This document shows, piece by piece, positions 23,501 to 35,800 of a stretch of 64,000 nucleotides of DNA. Source of the stretch: Nemertoderma westbladi. Taxonomy: Eukaryota > Animalia > Xenacoelomorpha. Below the pieces are notes generated by a model. It made no database searches. It saw only the letters and a list, made by a program, of their open reading frames with translations, and had not been told where the DNA came from. How positions within the stretch are numbered: position 1 is the first letter of the stretch; each line of letters opens with the position of its first letter. Made by a program: the position numbers and the translations under genes. The stretch covers positions 1 through 64,000 of the forward strand of contig JAUCBJ010008979.1 in assembly GCA_032718475.1 (NCBI GenBank), in the 5' to 3' direction.

Positions 23501-24721
23501 CTACAAGTAGTACCTAAACAGTTTCAGCAAGAAATAATTCGCACTTTTCACGATCAACCGTGTGGTGGACATTATGCGTTTAATAAAACTTATTATAAGG
23601 TTAGAAACAAATATTGGTGGATTACGATGCGAAAAGATATATTTAAGCACTGTCAAACTTGCTTACCGTGTCAGTTGGCCAAAAGACCGCGATTAAAAAT
23701 TGTGTCTCCACTGCACCCATTACCAATAGTAGGAAACCCTTTTGATAGGTGTGAACTAGATCTACTTGGACCCTTTCATTCTTCTGCTTCCGGTAACCGT
23801 TTTATTTTATTGTTTACCGATAGTTTAACTAAGTGGCCGGAGGGCGTGGCAACCGCTAACAAAAGTGCAAATACAGTAGCTAAGGCATTTATAGACTTGG
23901 TGGTCAGTCGCCACGGTGCACCACGCGTATTACTTACCGACCAGGATTCGAATTTTTTATCTCGAATGTTCCAAAGTGTCACGCAAATGCTTGGAGTTGA
24001 CCAAAAATCCGCAGTGATTTATCATCCACAAACCGTAGGGTTGGTAGAGCGATTAAATCAAACTCTAGTAACCATGCTGTCTATCTATACCGATTCTGAC
24101 CAATTACACTGGGATGAGTGTCTCCCAGCTGTACTTTTTGCGTATCGCACTTCTATACATTCAACTGTCAATCAAACTCCATTTTTCCTTACCTACGGTC
24201 GTGAAGCAACATTACCTTCAGATGCTGTTTTACTTAAAGCGACCGACAATGCTAGTTTAGATGACTATACTAGACGACTAGCGAAAACAGTTTTGATCAG
24301 TAGGAAAAATGCAGAGTCATTACAAAAACAAGCTCAATCTAGATTCATTCGGAATTATAGTAACAGTTACAACATAGTTGTACCGCAATATAAAGTAGGA
24401 AACTACGTATTCATAGAAGAAAGGGAATGTCCCGTTGGCTTGTCACGAAAGCTCAGAGCAAAATATCTTGGGCCTTACAGGGTACAGGCAATTGAAGGTG
24501 AAAATTTACGATTAACTAGGCCAGGTCGTAAAAGTGTAAGCACCCTTATTCACCCCAACATGGTAAAACCCTCGCGTTTACGCTACAGTCTGTCTGATAC
24601 CAGCCCCGCTATTGAAACAGATGACAACCCAAACATTATAACAAACTATCTAAGCCCACAAGGAAATTCTACAGTTTCTAGTGTGGAATTATCTCTAGTA
24701 GACGAAAGTGAATTATCATGA
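20525..24721 (+). CDS. pol: Gypsy Pol (aspartic protease, RT, RNase H, integrase), in the same frame as gag
   Basis: VDTGA, LRFCVDYRRLN, MPFGL, YLDD, TDAS, the HHCC motif, integrase core D..D..E and the GPY motif. The frame is open from the codon after the gag TAG. Confidence 0.95.
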   Translation, partial: QHQLYNSYSPVDSRNEYYQSESRPYYNRNTDRNISHQNNGNNRNYTVHPSDNTIRNTAPIHNQNTSPVGNPTFFPSNRHPPPSSFNNKTVIVNFTETPPHDMFLDVILEGRYIESGVVDTGAQTTMISERLLNKVQPGTVIEQIGIYLRDFAGTTIPILGAVWLNIEAGGRTALVRALVAKELECNSGIILGLRTLGALRVHINCSERKVFQEAVSQLEETEPIIAQEINSPPLLSNTNPFSPNYVNSPSTNAKVVAQENSEPNTSTSSEHKNNTTKHLHVFRVVADRNILIPPNHEAIVHGRPVGVALGCRPKSKSNVVVGLFEPNATGLGKNGLIGARTLNTVDQGLILCRIMNPNNKRIILQKNSRIGDLEPHTEIINTATPNVNKLDSPTDPDADIISKFPTLEDDTHTRALHDVLLKHYNVISNNDYDVGYCDLISHEIDADGPPIRQRPYRIPYKHRDFVDETIKTMIKENVIEESSSPWASPVVIAQKPDGGLRFCVDYRRLNAQTRIPLHPLPRIDEVIDQLGGNAYFTTLDLTCGYWHVPIADKDRDKTSFITNSGQWNFRRMPFGLAGAPSTFQRLMSKVIGRLSNKICLVYLDDVIIYSETFEQHLHDIDSVLECIEAAGLKLKLRKCTFAAEKVTYLGHEITAQGIKPAVRNLRAVSEFPRPTAITQVRQFLGLASFYRKFIKDFAKIASPLAQLLQKNVVFSWTADKEQAFQTLKTKLTNPPVLGFPILPSTDSEPYCISTYRLMTDASIVGLGAVLEQFQGGKYVIIGYASRSVKPAEKNYNITELEGLGVVWGVHYFRHYLIGTKFKIITDHSALKHILAVKEPTGRIARWCLALQQYDFEVEHRPGKHHFAPDALSRNPVSAFQPDTDIDNIQVGPDININNREIIKPDSNPITVNVIRAGHETERRPKENNNCKSAWLLAIATDPTLEAIQRMKLNEQGPALSDINFVALKRLATLVSIDQLGFMYYIGRRGEENLQVVPKQFQQEIIRTFHDQPCGGHYAFNKTYYKVRNKYWWITMRKDIFKHCQTCLPCQLAKRPRLKIVSPLHPLPIVGNPFDRCELDLLGPFHSSASGNRFILLFTDSLTKWPEGVATANKSANTVAKAFIDLVVSRHGAPRVLLTDQDSNFLSRMFQSVTQMLGVDQKSAVIYHPQTVGLVERLNQTLVTMLSIYTDSDQLHWDECLPAVLFAYRTSIHSTVNQTPFFLTYGREATLPSDAVLLKATDNASLDDYTRRLAKTVLISRKNAESLQKQAQSRFIRNYSNSYNIVVPQYKVGNYVFIEERECPVGLSRKLRAKYLGPYRVQAIEGENLRLTRPGRKSVSTLIHPNMVKPSRLRYSLSDTSPAIETDDNPNIITNYLSPQGNSTVSSVELSLVDESELS

Positions 24722-26016
24722 AAATTGAAATCATTTAATAATCATGAGAAACATTGTTATCATTAATCATGTAACCTCGTGTAATCATATAATCATTAAT
24801 CATGTAACCTTAATTTTAATCGTGTATTATGTTATTTTTGACTTATAAATGAAGCCAATTGTAAGAAGTTATAAAGGACTCATAACTGTGTAATGTTTTA
24901 ACGTTATACTGTAGAAATATCGGTATTGAAATAGTGAATTAGACCTACAGTAGCCTAGTTGTTATCCGCATGTCATTATTTTACATTTATATTCTAGTTG
25001 CTCTGAATACCCATTTATCATAAAATAGTGTCACATATTTTCTATTTTAGTTATCCATTAAGTATACTGTGCTACAGTGCATGATTAATATTATAATACT
25101 ATTGATATAATGTCATTATACTGTAGTATCGTTTTCAATTGCAAAAATAAATATGTAGGCCTAATTGTAAAGATAATTTAAAGATAAATTGTTATAAAGA
25201 TACTTATTGTACTTATATTACGTAAATTTAATGTTTGAATAAAGTGATTCTTTATTGTGTTAAGAGTAATTTACCGACCGTGTCTTTGAATAAAGTTTTA
25301 GTGTTATTTAAAACAATTAGAAATAAAGTGAATACGAGAACAGTATGTGTCAAACTGTGCAATGAGTATCCAGTACAGTAGAGGCGAAAACTCCGTTGTC
25401 TTAATTATTGCAATTTTTATGTTATCAAGTTTGATTTAATTTAATCATTTCATTATTTTGCTGTAATTTTCTTACAGATATTTGATTGACATTATTTTTG
25501 AGTTCTAGGATTTTCAGATGTAGTTATTTCAAAAGCTTATATGTGAAGGTAGTAGACTGTCTGTGAAATAGGCAAATTCAACGAATTTGTAATTTCATAT
25601 TTAAATTAAAGGTCGACACAGCTTTTTGCCTCAGGATATTTTCCTACAGTATGTCACTTTCTTAATAATAATTTGTCACTTTCTTAATAATAATTGTAAG
25701 TAAATAAGTTTAAATGGTAACTGGAAATCAAACAATGTATTTATTTTTTTACAACAATTTTATTGACTTTACTTTAATTGACATGTTTTTGATAATCATA
25801 TGTGATGTTAAACATACTGTAGTTTACAACTGTGGTTTCGGTACCATAATGTACTATTTACGGCATGTCGAATGTTCTATAGATCCCTATGTAGTTGAAA
25901 GAGCCAACATATATTTTATATTTATTAGCTTTCATATGAAAATTAAAATGAATAACAGCAAAATGTCTATAACTGTAAGATAAGAAGTTCTGCAACACGG
26001 GGACGTGTTGATTGAT

Positions 26017-26025
26017 GGAGGGGAG
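26017..26025 (+). promoter_or_regulatory. Polypurine tract
   Basis: GGAGGGGAG directly precedes the 3' LTR. Confidence 0.85.
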
Positions 26026-26379
26026 TGTCACAACTGTATTATAATTTATGCACCACCTAGCGGCCAGTATCGGAATAACAATTAAAATACATTATCTTTC
26101 ATTTACTGGTAGATGGCTCATTCAATTACATGTATAAAAGTAGCCAGAAGTCCTTATAACAGTTGGTACCGGAAGAGAATATTACGATTATTATTAATTA
26201 TCTTTAGAACACATAACTAACTTCAATTATAAAATACTGATAACGGATTACTAATGATACTGAAAACCTTTTTAATTTTATATATTATCTATATTATAAT
26301 ACGACGCTCCCTCACCCAGACTCTATCCGTACCCGCCGCACCCGCAGTCACTTCAGCTGTCTCCTGGAGTGGTCTGACA
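26026..26379 (+). repeat. 3' LTR of the Gypsy element
   Basis: Matches 18836-19189 base for base by eye. Confidence 0.97.
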
Positions 26380-26855
26380 GTAGGGCCATAATGGAATGTC
26401 GCACATCGATATTAAATTGGGAAATATCATTATATCGCCCTGCCGCATTTAGTAGTGGGAAAATATTTCCACTCAAATACTAAAAAAAATATTTTTTATT
26501 TTTTCTTCTAGGAGTTACCTTATTTGTTTGAAAATGAAGTTTTGGTCTTGATTTGATGATTTTCCGGAATAACATTCATCCTTCAGTTTGAATAATACAA
26601 AAATGTATACTAGACTAAATATCTACATTAACAATATCGGACAGTACATACTGTATATAAGGTTCTGTTGCAAATAAGTTCTGGAATTGAAAATCACTTT
26701 TTTAGATGAACACAACAAATAGATCTATAAACAAAGTGTTATTATTATTATATTCATCTTATCGCAGCGGCTTCAGACAGATTATACTGTAGGTATATCT
26801 TCTACAAATGTTAAGATTTCCACTTCGGTAACGTCAACAATAAAAACAGCATCGC

Positions 26856-29800
26856 AACATACAGAGCCAAGCAAGTCACGGGAATTACCGAGAAAAGTGA
26901 AAGAAACATACGGAGAGCCAAGCAAGAAATGAGAAATACCGAGAAACGTGAAAGAAACATACGGAGAGTCAAGCAAGTCACGGAAATTACCGAGAAACGT
27001 GAAAGAAACATACGGAGAGCCAAGCAAGAAATGAGAATTACCAAGAAACGTGAAAGAAACATACGGAGAGTCAAGCAAGTCACGGAAATTACCGAGAAAC
27101 GTGAAAGAAACATACGGAGAGCCAAGCAAGAAATGAGAATTACCAAGAAACGTGAAAGAAACATACGGAGAGTCAAGCAAGTCACGGAAATTACCGAGAA
27201 ACGTGAAAGAAACATACGGAGAGCCAAGCAAGACACGGGAATTACCGAGAAACGTGAAAGAAACATACGGAGAGCCAAGCAAGACACGGGAATTACCGAG
27301 AAACGTGAAAGAAACATACGGAGAGCCAAGCAAGAAATGAGAATTACCAAGAAACGTGAAAGAAACATACGGAGAGTCAAGCAAGTCACGGAAATTACCG
27401 AGAAACGTGAAAGAAACATACGGAGAGCCAAGCAAGACACGGGAATTACCGAGAAACGTGAAAGAAACATACGGAGAGCCAAGCAAGAAATAAGAATTAC
27501 CAAGAAACGTGAAAGAAACATACGGAGAGTCAAGCAAGTCACGGAAATTACCGAGAAACGTGAAAGAAACATACGGAGAGCCAAGCAAGAAATGAGAATT
27601 ACCAAGAAACGTGAAAGAAACATACGGAGAGCCAAGCAAGAAATGAGAAATACCGAGAAACGTGAAAGAAACATACAGAGCCAAGCAAGACACGGGAATT
27701 ACCGAGAAACGTGAAAGAAACATACGGAGAGCCAAGCAAGAAATGAGAAATACCGAGAAACGTGAAAGAAACATACAGAGCCAAGCAAGACACGGGAATT
27801 ACCGAGAAACGTGAAAGAAACATACGGAGAGCCAAGCAAGAAATGAGAATTACCAAGAAACGTGAAAGAAACATACGGAGAGTCAAGCAAGTCACGGAAA
27901 TTACCGAGAAACGTGAAAGAAACATACGGAGAGCCAAGCAAGAAATGAGAATTACCAAGAAACGTGAAAGAAACATACGGAGAGCCAAGCAAGAAATGAG
28001 AAATACCGAGAAACGTGAAAGAAACATACAGAGCCAAGCAAGACACGGGAATTACCGAGAAACGTGAAAGAAACATACGGAGAGCCAAGCAAGAAATGAG
28101 AAATACCAAGAAACGTGAAAGAAACATAAGGAGAGCCAAGCAAGAAATGAGAAATACCAAGAAACGTGAAAGAAACATACGGAGAGCCAAGCAAGAAATG
28201 AGAAATACCAAGAAACGTGAAAGAAACATAAGGAGAGCCAAGCAAGAAATGAGAATTACCAAGAAACGTGAAAGAAACATACGGAGAGCCAAGCAAGAAA
28301 TTAGAATTACCGAGAAACGTGAAAGAAACATACAGAGCCAAGCAAGACACGGGAATTACCGAGAAACGTGAAAGAAACATACGGAGAGCCAAGCAAGAAA
28401 TGAGAATTACCAAGAAACGTGAAAGAAACATACGGAGAGCCAAGCAAGAAATGAAAATTACCAAGAAACATGAAAGAAACATACGGAGAGCCAAGCAAGA
28501 AATGAAAATTACCAAGAAACGTGAAAGAAACATAAGGAGAGCCAAGCAAGAAATGAGAAATACCAAGAAACGTGAAAGAAACATACGGAGAGCCAAGCAA
28601 GAAATGAGAAATACCGAGAAACGTGAAAGAAACATACGGAGAGCCAAGCAAGAAATGAGAAATACCGAGAAACGTGAAAGAAACATACAGAGCCAAGCAA
28701 GACACGGGAATTACCGAGAAACGTGAAAGAAACATACGGAGAGCCAAGCAAGAAATGAGAAATACCGAGAAACGTGAAAGAAACATACAGAGCCAAGCAA
28801 GACACGGGAATTACCGAGAAACGTGAAAGAAACATACGGAGAGCCAAGCAAGAAATGAGAATTACCAAGAAACGTGAAAGAAACATACGGAGAGTCAAGC
28901 AAGTCACGGAAATTACCGAGAAACGTGAAAGAAACATACGGAGAGCCAAGCAAGAAATGAGAATTACCAAGAAACGTGAAAGAAACATACGGAGAGCCAA
29001 GCAAGAAATGAGAAATACCGAGAAACGTGAAAGAAACATACAGAGCCAAGCAAGACACGGGAATTACCGAGAAACGTGAAAGAAACATACGGAGAGCCAA
29101 GCAAGAAATGAGAAATACCAAGAAACGTGAAAGAAACATAAGGAGAGCCAAGCAAGAAATGAGAAATACCAAGAAACGTGAAAGAAACATACGGAGAGCC
29201 AAGCAAGAAATGAGAAATACCAAGAAACGTGAAAGAAACATAAGGAGAGCCAAGCAAGAAATGAGAATTACCAAGAAACGTGAAAGAAACATACGGAGAG
29301 CCAAGCAAGAAATGAGAATTACCAAGAAACGTGAAAGAAACATACGGAGAGCCAAGCAAGAAATTAGAATTACCGAGAAAAGTGAAAGAAACATACGGAG
29401 ATACAAGCAAGAAATGAGAAATACCAAGAAACGTGAAAGAAACATAAGGAGAGCCAAGCAAGAAATGAGAATTACCAAGAAACGTGAAAGAAACATACGG
29501 AGAGCCAAGCAAGAAATTAGAATTACCGAGAAACGTGAAAGAAACATACAGAGCCAAGCAAGACACGGGAATTACCGAGAAACGTGAAAGAAACATACGG
29601 AGAGCAAAGCAAGACACGGGAATTACCGAGAAACGTGAAAGAAACATACGGAGAGCCAAGCAAGAAATGAGAATTACCAAGAAACGTGAAAGAAACATAC
29701 GGAGAGCCAAGCAAGTCACGGAAATTACCGAGAAACGTGAAAGAAACATACGGAGAGACAAGCAAGAAATGAGAAATACCAAGAAACGTGAAAGAAACAT

Positions 29801-32800
29801 AAGGAGAGCCAAGCAAGAAATGAGAATTACCAAGAAACGTGAAAGAAACATACGGAGAGCCAAGCAAGAAATTAGAATTACCGAGAAACGTGAAAGAAAC
29901 ATACAGAGCCAAGCAAGACACGGGAATTACCGAGAAACGTGAAAGAAACATACGGAGAGCCAAGCAAGAAATAAGAATTACCGAGAAAAGTGAAAGAAAC
30001 ATACGGAGAGCCAAGCAAGAAATGAGAAATACCGAGAAACGTGAAAGAAACATACAGAGCCAAGCAAGACACGGGAATTACCGAGAAACGTGAAAGAAAC
30101 ATACGGAGAGCCAAGCAAGAAATTAGAATTACCGAGAAACGTGAAAGAAACATACAGAGCCAAGCAAGAAATGAGAAATACCGAGAAAAGTGAAAGAAAC
30201 ATATGGAGAGACAAGCAAGAAATGAGAATTACCGAGAAAAGTGAAACAAACATACGGAGATACAAGCAAGAAATGAGAAATACCAAGAAACGTGAAAGAA
30301 ACATAAGGAGAGCCAAGCAAGAAATGAGAATTACCAAGAAACGTGAAAGAAACATACGGAGAGCCAAGCAAGAAATGAGAATTACCAAGAAACGTGAAAG
30401 AAACATACGGAGAGCCAAGCAAGAAATTAGAATTACCGAGAAAAGTGAAAGAAACATACGGAGATACAAGCAAGAAATGAGAAATACCAAGAAACGTGAA
30501 AGAAACATAAGGAGAGCCAAGCAAGAAATGAGAATTACCAAGAAACGTGAAAGAAACATACGGAGAGCCAAGCAAGAAATTAGAATTACCGAGAAACGTG
30601 AAAGAAACATACGGAGAGCCAAGCAAGACACGGGAATTACCGAGAAACGTGAAAGAAACATACGGAGAGCCAAGCAAGACACGGGAATTACCGAGAAACG
30701 TGAAAGAAACATACGGAGAGCCAAGCAAGAAATGAGAATTACCAAGAAACGTGAAAGAAACATACGGAGAGCCAAGCAAGAAATGAGAATTACCGAGAAA
30801 AGTGAAAGAAACATACGGAGAGCCAAGCAAGAAATGAGAATTACCGAGAAAAGTGAAAGAAACATACGGAGAGCCAAGCAAGAAATGAGAATTACCGAGA
30901 AAAGTGAAAGAAACATACGGAGAGCCAAGCAAGAAATTAGAATTACCGAGAAACGTGAAAGAAACATACAGAGCCAAGCAAGACACGGGAATTACCGAGA
31001 AACGTGAAAGAAACATACGGAGAGCCAAGCAAGACACGGGAATTACCGAGAAACGTGAAAGAAACATACGGAGAGCCAAGCAAGAAATGAGAATTACCAA
31101 GAAACGTGAAAGAAACATACGGAGAGCCAAGCAAGTCACGGAAATTACCGAGAAACGTGAAAGAAACATACGGAGAGACAAGCAAGAAATGAGAAATACC
31201 AAGAAACGTGAAAGAAACATAAGGAGAGCCAAGCAAGAAATGAGAATTACCAAGAAACGTGAAAGAAACATACGGAGAGCCAAGCAAGAAATTAGAATTA
31301 CCGAGAAACGTGAAAGAAACATACAGAGCCAAGCAAGACACGGGAATTACCGAGAAACGTGAAAGAAACATACGGAGAGCCAAGCAAGAAATGAGAATTA
31401 CCAAGAAACGTGAAAGAAACATACGGAGATACAAGCAAGAAATGAGAATTATCAAGAAACGTGAAAGAATCATACGGAGAGCCAAGCAAGAAATGAGAAT
31501 TACCGAGAAAAGTGAAAGAAACATACGGAGAGCCAAGCAAGAAATGAGAATTACCGAGAAAAGTGAAAGAAACATACGGAGAGCCAAGCAAGAAATGAGA
31601 ATTACCGAGAAAAGTGAAAGAAACATACGGAGAGCCAAGCAAGATATTAGAATTACCGAGAAACGTGAAAGAAACATACAGAGCCAAGCAAGACACGGGA
31701 ATTACCGAGAAACGTGAAAGAAACATACGGAGAGCCAAGCAAGAAATTAGAATTACCGAGAAACGTGAAAGAAACATACGGAGAGCCAAGCAAGAAATAA
31801 GAATTACCGAGAAAAGTGAAAGAAACATACGGAGAGCCAAGCAAGAAATAAGAATTACCAAGAAACGTGAAAGAAACATACGGAGAGCCAAGCAAGAAAT
31901 AAGAATTACCGAGAAAAGTGAAAGAAACATACGGAGAGCCAAGCAAGAAATTAGAATTACCGAGAAACGTGAAAGAAACATACAGAGCCAAGCAAGACAC
32001 GGGAATTACCGAGAAACGTGAAAGAAACATACGGAGAGCCAAGCAAGAAATTAGAATTACCGAGAAACGTGAAAGAAACATACAGAGCCAAGCAAGACAC
32101 GGGAATTACCGAGAAACGTGAAAGAAACATACGGAGAGCCAAGCAAGAAATAAGAATTACCGAGAAAAGTGAAAGAAACATACGGAGAGCCAAGCAAGAA
32201 ATTAGAATTACCGAGAAACGTGAAAGAAACATACAGAGCCAAGCAAGACACGGGAATTACCGAGAAACGTGAAAGAAACATACGGAGAGCCAAGCAAGAA
32301 ATTAGAATTACCGAGAAACGTGAAAGAAACATACGGAGAGCCAAGCAAGACACGGGAATTACCGAGAAACGTGAAAGAAACATACGGAGAGCCAAGCAAG
32401 AAATGAGAATTACCAAGAAACGTGAAAGAAACATACGGAGAGCCAAGCAAGTCACGGAAATTACCGAGAAACGTGAAAGAAACATACGGAGAGACAAGCA
32501 AGAAATGAGAAATACCAAGAAACGTGAAAGAAACATAAGGAGAGCCAAGCAAGAAATGAGAATTACCAAGAAACGTGAAAGAAACATACGGAGAGCCAAG
32601 CAAGAAATTAGAATTACCGAGAAACGTGAAAGAAACATACAGAGCCAAGCAAGACACGGGAATTACCGAGAAACGTGAAAGAAACATACGGAGAGCCAAG
32701 CAAGAAATGAGAATTACCAAGAAACGTGAAAGAAACATACGGAGATACAAGCAAGAAATGAGAATTATCAAGAAACGTGAAAGAATCATACGGAGAGCCA

Positions 32801-35800
32801 AGCAAGAAATGAGAATTACCGAGAAAAGTGAAAGAAACATACGGAGAGCCAAGCAAGAAATGAGAATTACCGAGAAAAGTGAAAGAAACATACGGAGAGC
32901 CAAGCAAGAAATGAGAATTACCGAGAAAAGTGAAAGAAACATACGGAGAGCCAAGCAAGATATTAGAATTACCGAGAAACGTGAAAGAAACATACAGAGC
33001 CAAGCAAGACACGGGAATTACCGAGAAACGTGAAAGAAACATACGGAGAGCCAAGCAAGAAATTAGAATTACCGAGAAACGTGAAAGAAACATACGGAGA
33101 GCCAAGCAAGAAATAAGAATTACCGAGAAAAGTGAAAGAAACATACGGAGAGCCAAGCAAGAAATAAGAATTACCAAGAAACGTGAAAGAAACATACGGA
33201 GAGCCAAGCAAGAAATAAGAATTACCGAGAAAAGTGAAAGAAACATACGGAGAGCCAAGCAAGAAATTAGAATTACCGAGAAACGTGAAAGAAACATACA
33301 GAGCCAAGCAAGACACGGGAATTACCGAGAAACGTGAAAGAAACATACGGAGAGCCAAGCAAGAAATTAGAATTACCGAGAAACGTGAAAGAAACATACA
33401 GAGCCAAGCAAGACACGGGAATTACCGAGAAACGTGAAAGAAACATACGGAGAGCCAAGCAAGAAATAAGAATTACCGAGAAAAGTGAAAGAAACATACG
33501 GAGAGCCAAGCAAGAAATTAGAATTACCGAGAAACGTGAAAGAAACATACAGAGCCAAGCAAGACACGGGAATTACCGAGAAACGTGAAAGAAACATACG
33601 GAGAGCCAAGCAAGAAATTAGAATTACCGAGAAACGTGAAAGAAACATACAGAGCCAAGCAAGACACGGGAATTACCGAGAAACGTGAAAGAAACATACG
33701 GAGAGCCAAGCAAGAAATAAGAATTACCGAGAAACGTGAAAGAAACATACAGAGCCAAGCAAGACACGGGAATTACCGAGAAACGTGAAAGAAACATACA
33801 GAGCCAAGCAAGACACGGGAATTACCGAGAAACGTGAAAGAAACATACGGAGAGCCAAGCAAGAAATGAGAAATACCAAGAAACGTGAAAGAAACATAAG
33901 GAGAGCCAAGCAAGAAATGAGAAATACCAAGAAACGTGAAAGAAACATACGGAGAGCCAAGCAAGAAATGAGAAATACCAAGAAACGTGAAAGAAACATA
34001 AGGAGAGCCAAGCAAGAAATGAGAATTACCAAGAAACGTGAAAGAAACATACGGAGAGCCAAGCAAGAAATGAGAATTACCAAGAAACGTGAAAGAAACA
34101 TACGGAGAGCCAAGCAAGAAATTAGAATTACCGAGAAAAGTGAAAGAAACATACGGAGATACAAGCAAGAAATGAGAAATACCAAGAAACGTGAAAGAAA
34201 CATAAGGAGAGCCAAGCAAGAAATGAGAATTACCAAGAAACGTGAAAGAAACATACGGAGAGCCAAGCAAGAAATTAGAATTACCGAGAAACGTGAAAGA
34301 AACATACAGAGCCAAGCAAGACACGGGAATTACCGAGAAACGTGAAAGAAACATACGGAGAGCAAAGCAAGACACGGGAATTACCGAGAAACGTGAAAGA
34401 AACATACGGAGAGCCAAGCAAGAAATGAGAATTACCAAGAAACGTGAAAGAAACATACGGAGAGCCAAGCAAGTCACGGAAATTACCGAGAAACGTGAAA
34501 GAAACATACGGAGAGACAAGCAAGAAATGAGAAATACCAAGAAACGTGAAAGAAACATAAGGAGAGCCAAGCAAGAAATGAGAATTACCAAGAAACGTGA
34601 AAGAAACATACGGAGAGCCAAGCAAGAAATTAGAATTACCGAGAAACGTGAAAGAAACATACAGAGCCAAGCAAGACACGGGAATTACCGAGAAACGTGA
34701 AAGAAACATACGGAGAGCCAAGCAAGAAATAAGAATTACCGAGAAAAGTGAAAGAAACATACGGAGAGCCAAGCAAGAAATGAGAAATACCGAGAAACGT
34801 GAAAGAAACATACAGAGCCAAGCAAGACACGGGAATTACCGAGAAACGTGAAAGAAACATACGGAGAGCCAAGCAAGAAATTAGAATTACCGAGAAACGT
34901 GAAAGAAACATACAGAGCCAAGCAAGAAATGAGAAATACCGAGAAAAGTGAAAGAAACATATGGAGAGACAAGCAAGAAATGAGAATTACCGAGAAAAGT
35001 GAAACAAACATACGGAGATACAAGCAAGAAATGAGAAATACCAAGAAACGTGAAAGAAACATAAGGAGAGCCAAGCAAGAAATGAGAATTACCAAGAAAC
35101 GTGAAAGAAACATACGGAGAGCCAAGCAAGAAATGAGAATTACCAAGAAACGTGAAAGAAACATACGGAGAGCCAAGCAAGAAATTAGAATTACCGAGAA
35201 AAGTGAAAGAAACATACGGAGATACAAGCAAGAAATGAGAAATACCAAGAAACGTGAAAGAAACATAAGGAGAGCCAAGCAAGAAATGAGAATTACCAAG
35301 AAACGTGAAAGAAACATACGGAGAGCCAAGCAAGAAATTAGAATTACCGAGAAACGTGAAAGAAACATACGGAGAGCCAAGCAAGACACGGGAATTACCG
35401 AGAAACGTGAAAGAAACATATGGAGAGCCAAGCAAGACACGGGAATTACCGAGAAACGTGAAAGAAACATACGGAGAGCCAAGCAAGAAATGAGAATTAC
35501 CAAGAAACGTGAAAGAAACATACGGAGAGCCAAGCAAGAAATGAGAATTACCGAGAAAAGTGAAAGAAACATACGGAGAGCCAAGCAAGAAATGAGAATT
35601 ACCGAGAAAAGTGAAAGAAACATACGGAGAGCCAAGCAAGAAATGAGAATTACCGCGAAAAGTGAAAGAAACATACGGAGAGCCAAGCAAGAAATTAGAA
35701 TTACCGAGAAACGTGAAAGAAACATACAGAGCCAAGCAAGACACGGGAATTACCGAGAAACGTGAAAGAAACATACGGAGAGCCAAGCAAGACACGGGAA

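Larger units (their letters stand above)
18836..26379 (+). mobile_element. Full-length Ty3/Gypsy LTR retrotransposon, 7544 bp, very recent insertion
   Basis: Two 354-bp TG...CA LTRs with no differences seen. 4-bp TSD GTAG at 18832-18835 and 26380-26383. PBS, PPT and domain order gag-PR-RT-RH-IN. The empty site is visible in duplication copy 1 near 12940. Confidence 0.98.

Noticed and set aside
19099-23982. Short antisense ORFs over Gypsy gag/pol, and likewise over the LINE, piggyBac and BEL-like regions
   Set aside because: These are shadow frames of TE coding sequence with no independent domain features.
24722-26016. env-like third ORF in the Gypsy 3' region
   Set aside because: AT-rich, with only an 89-aa low-complexity ORF and no envelope features.
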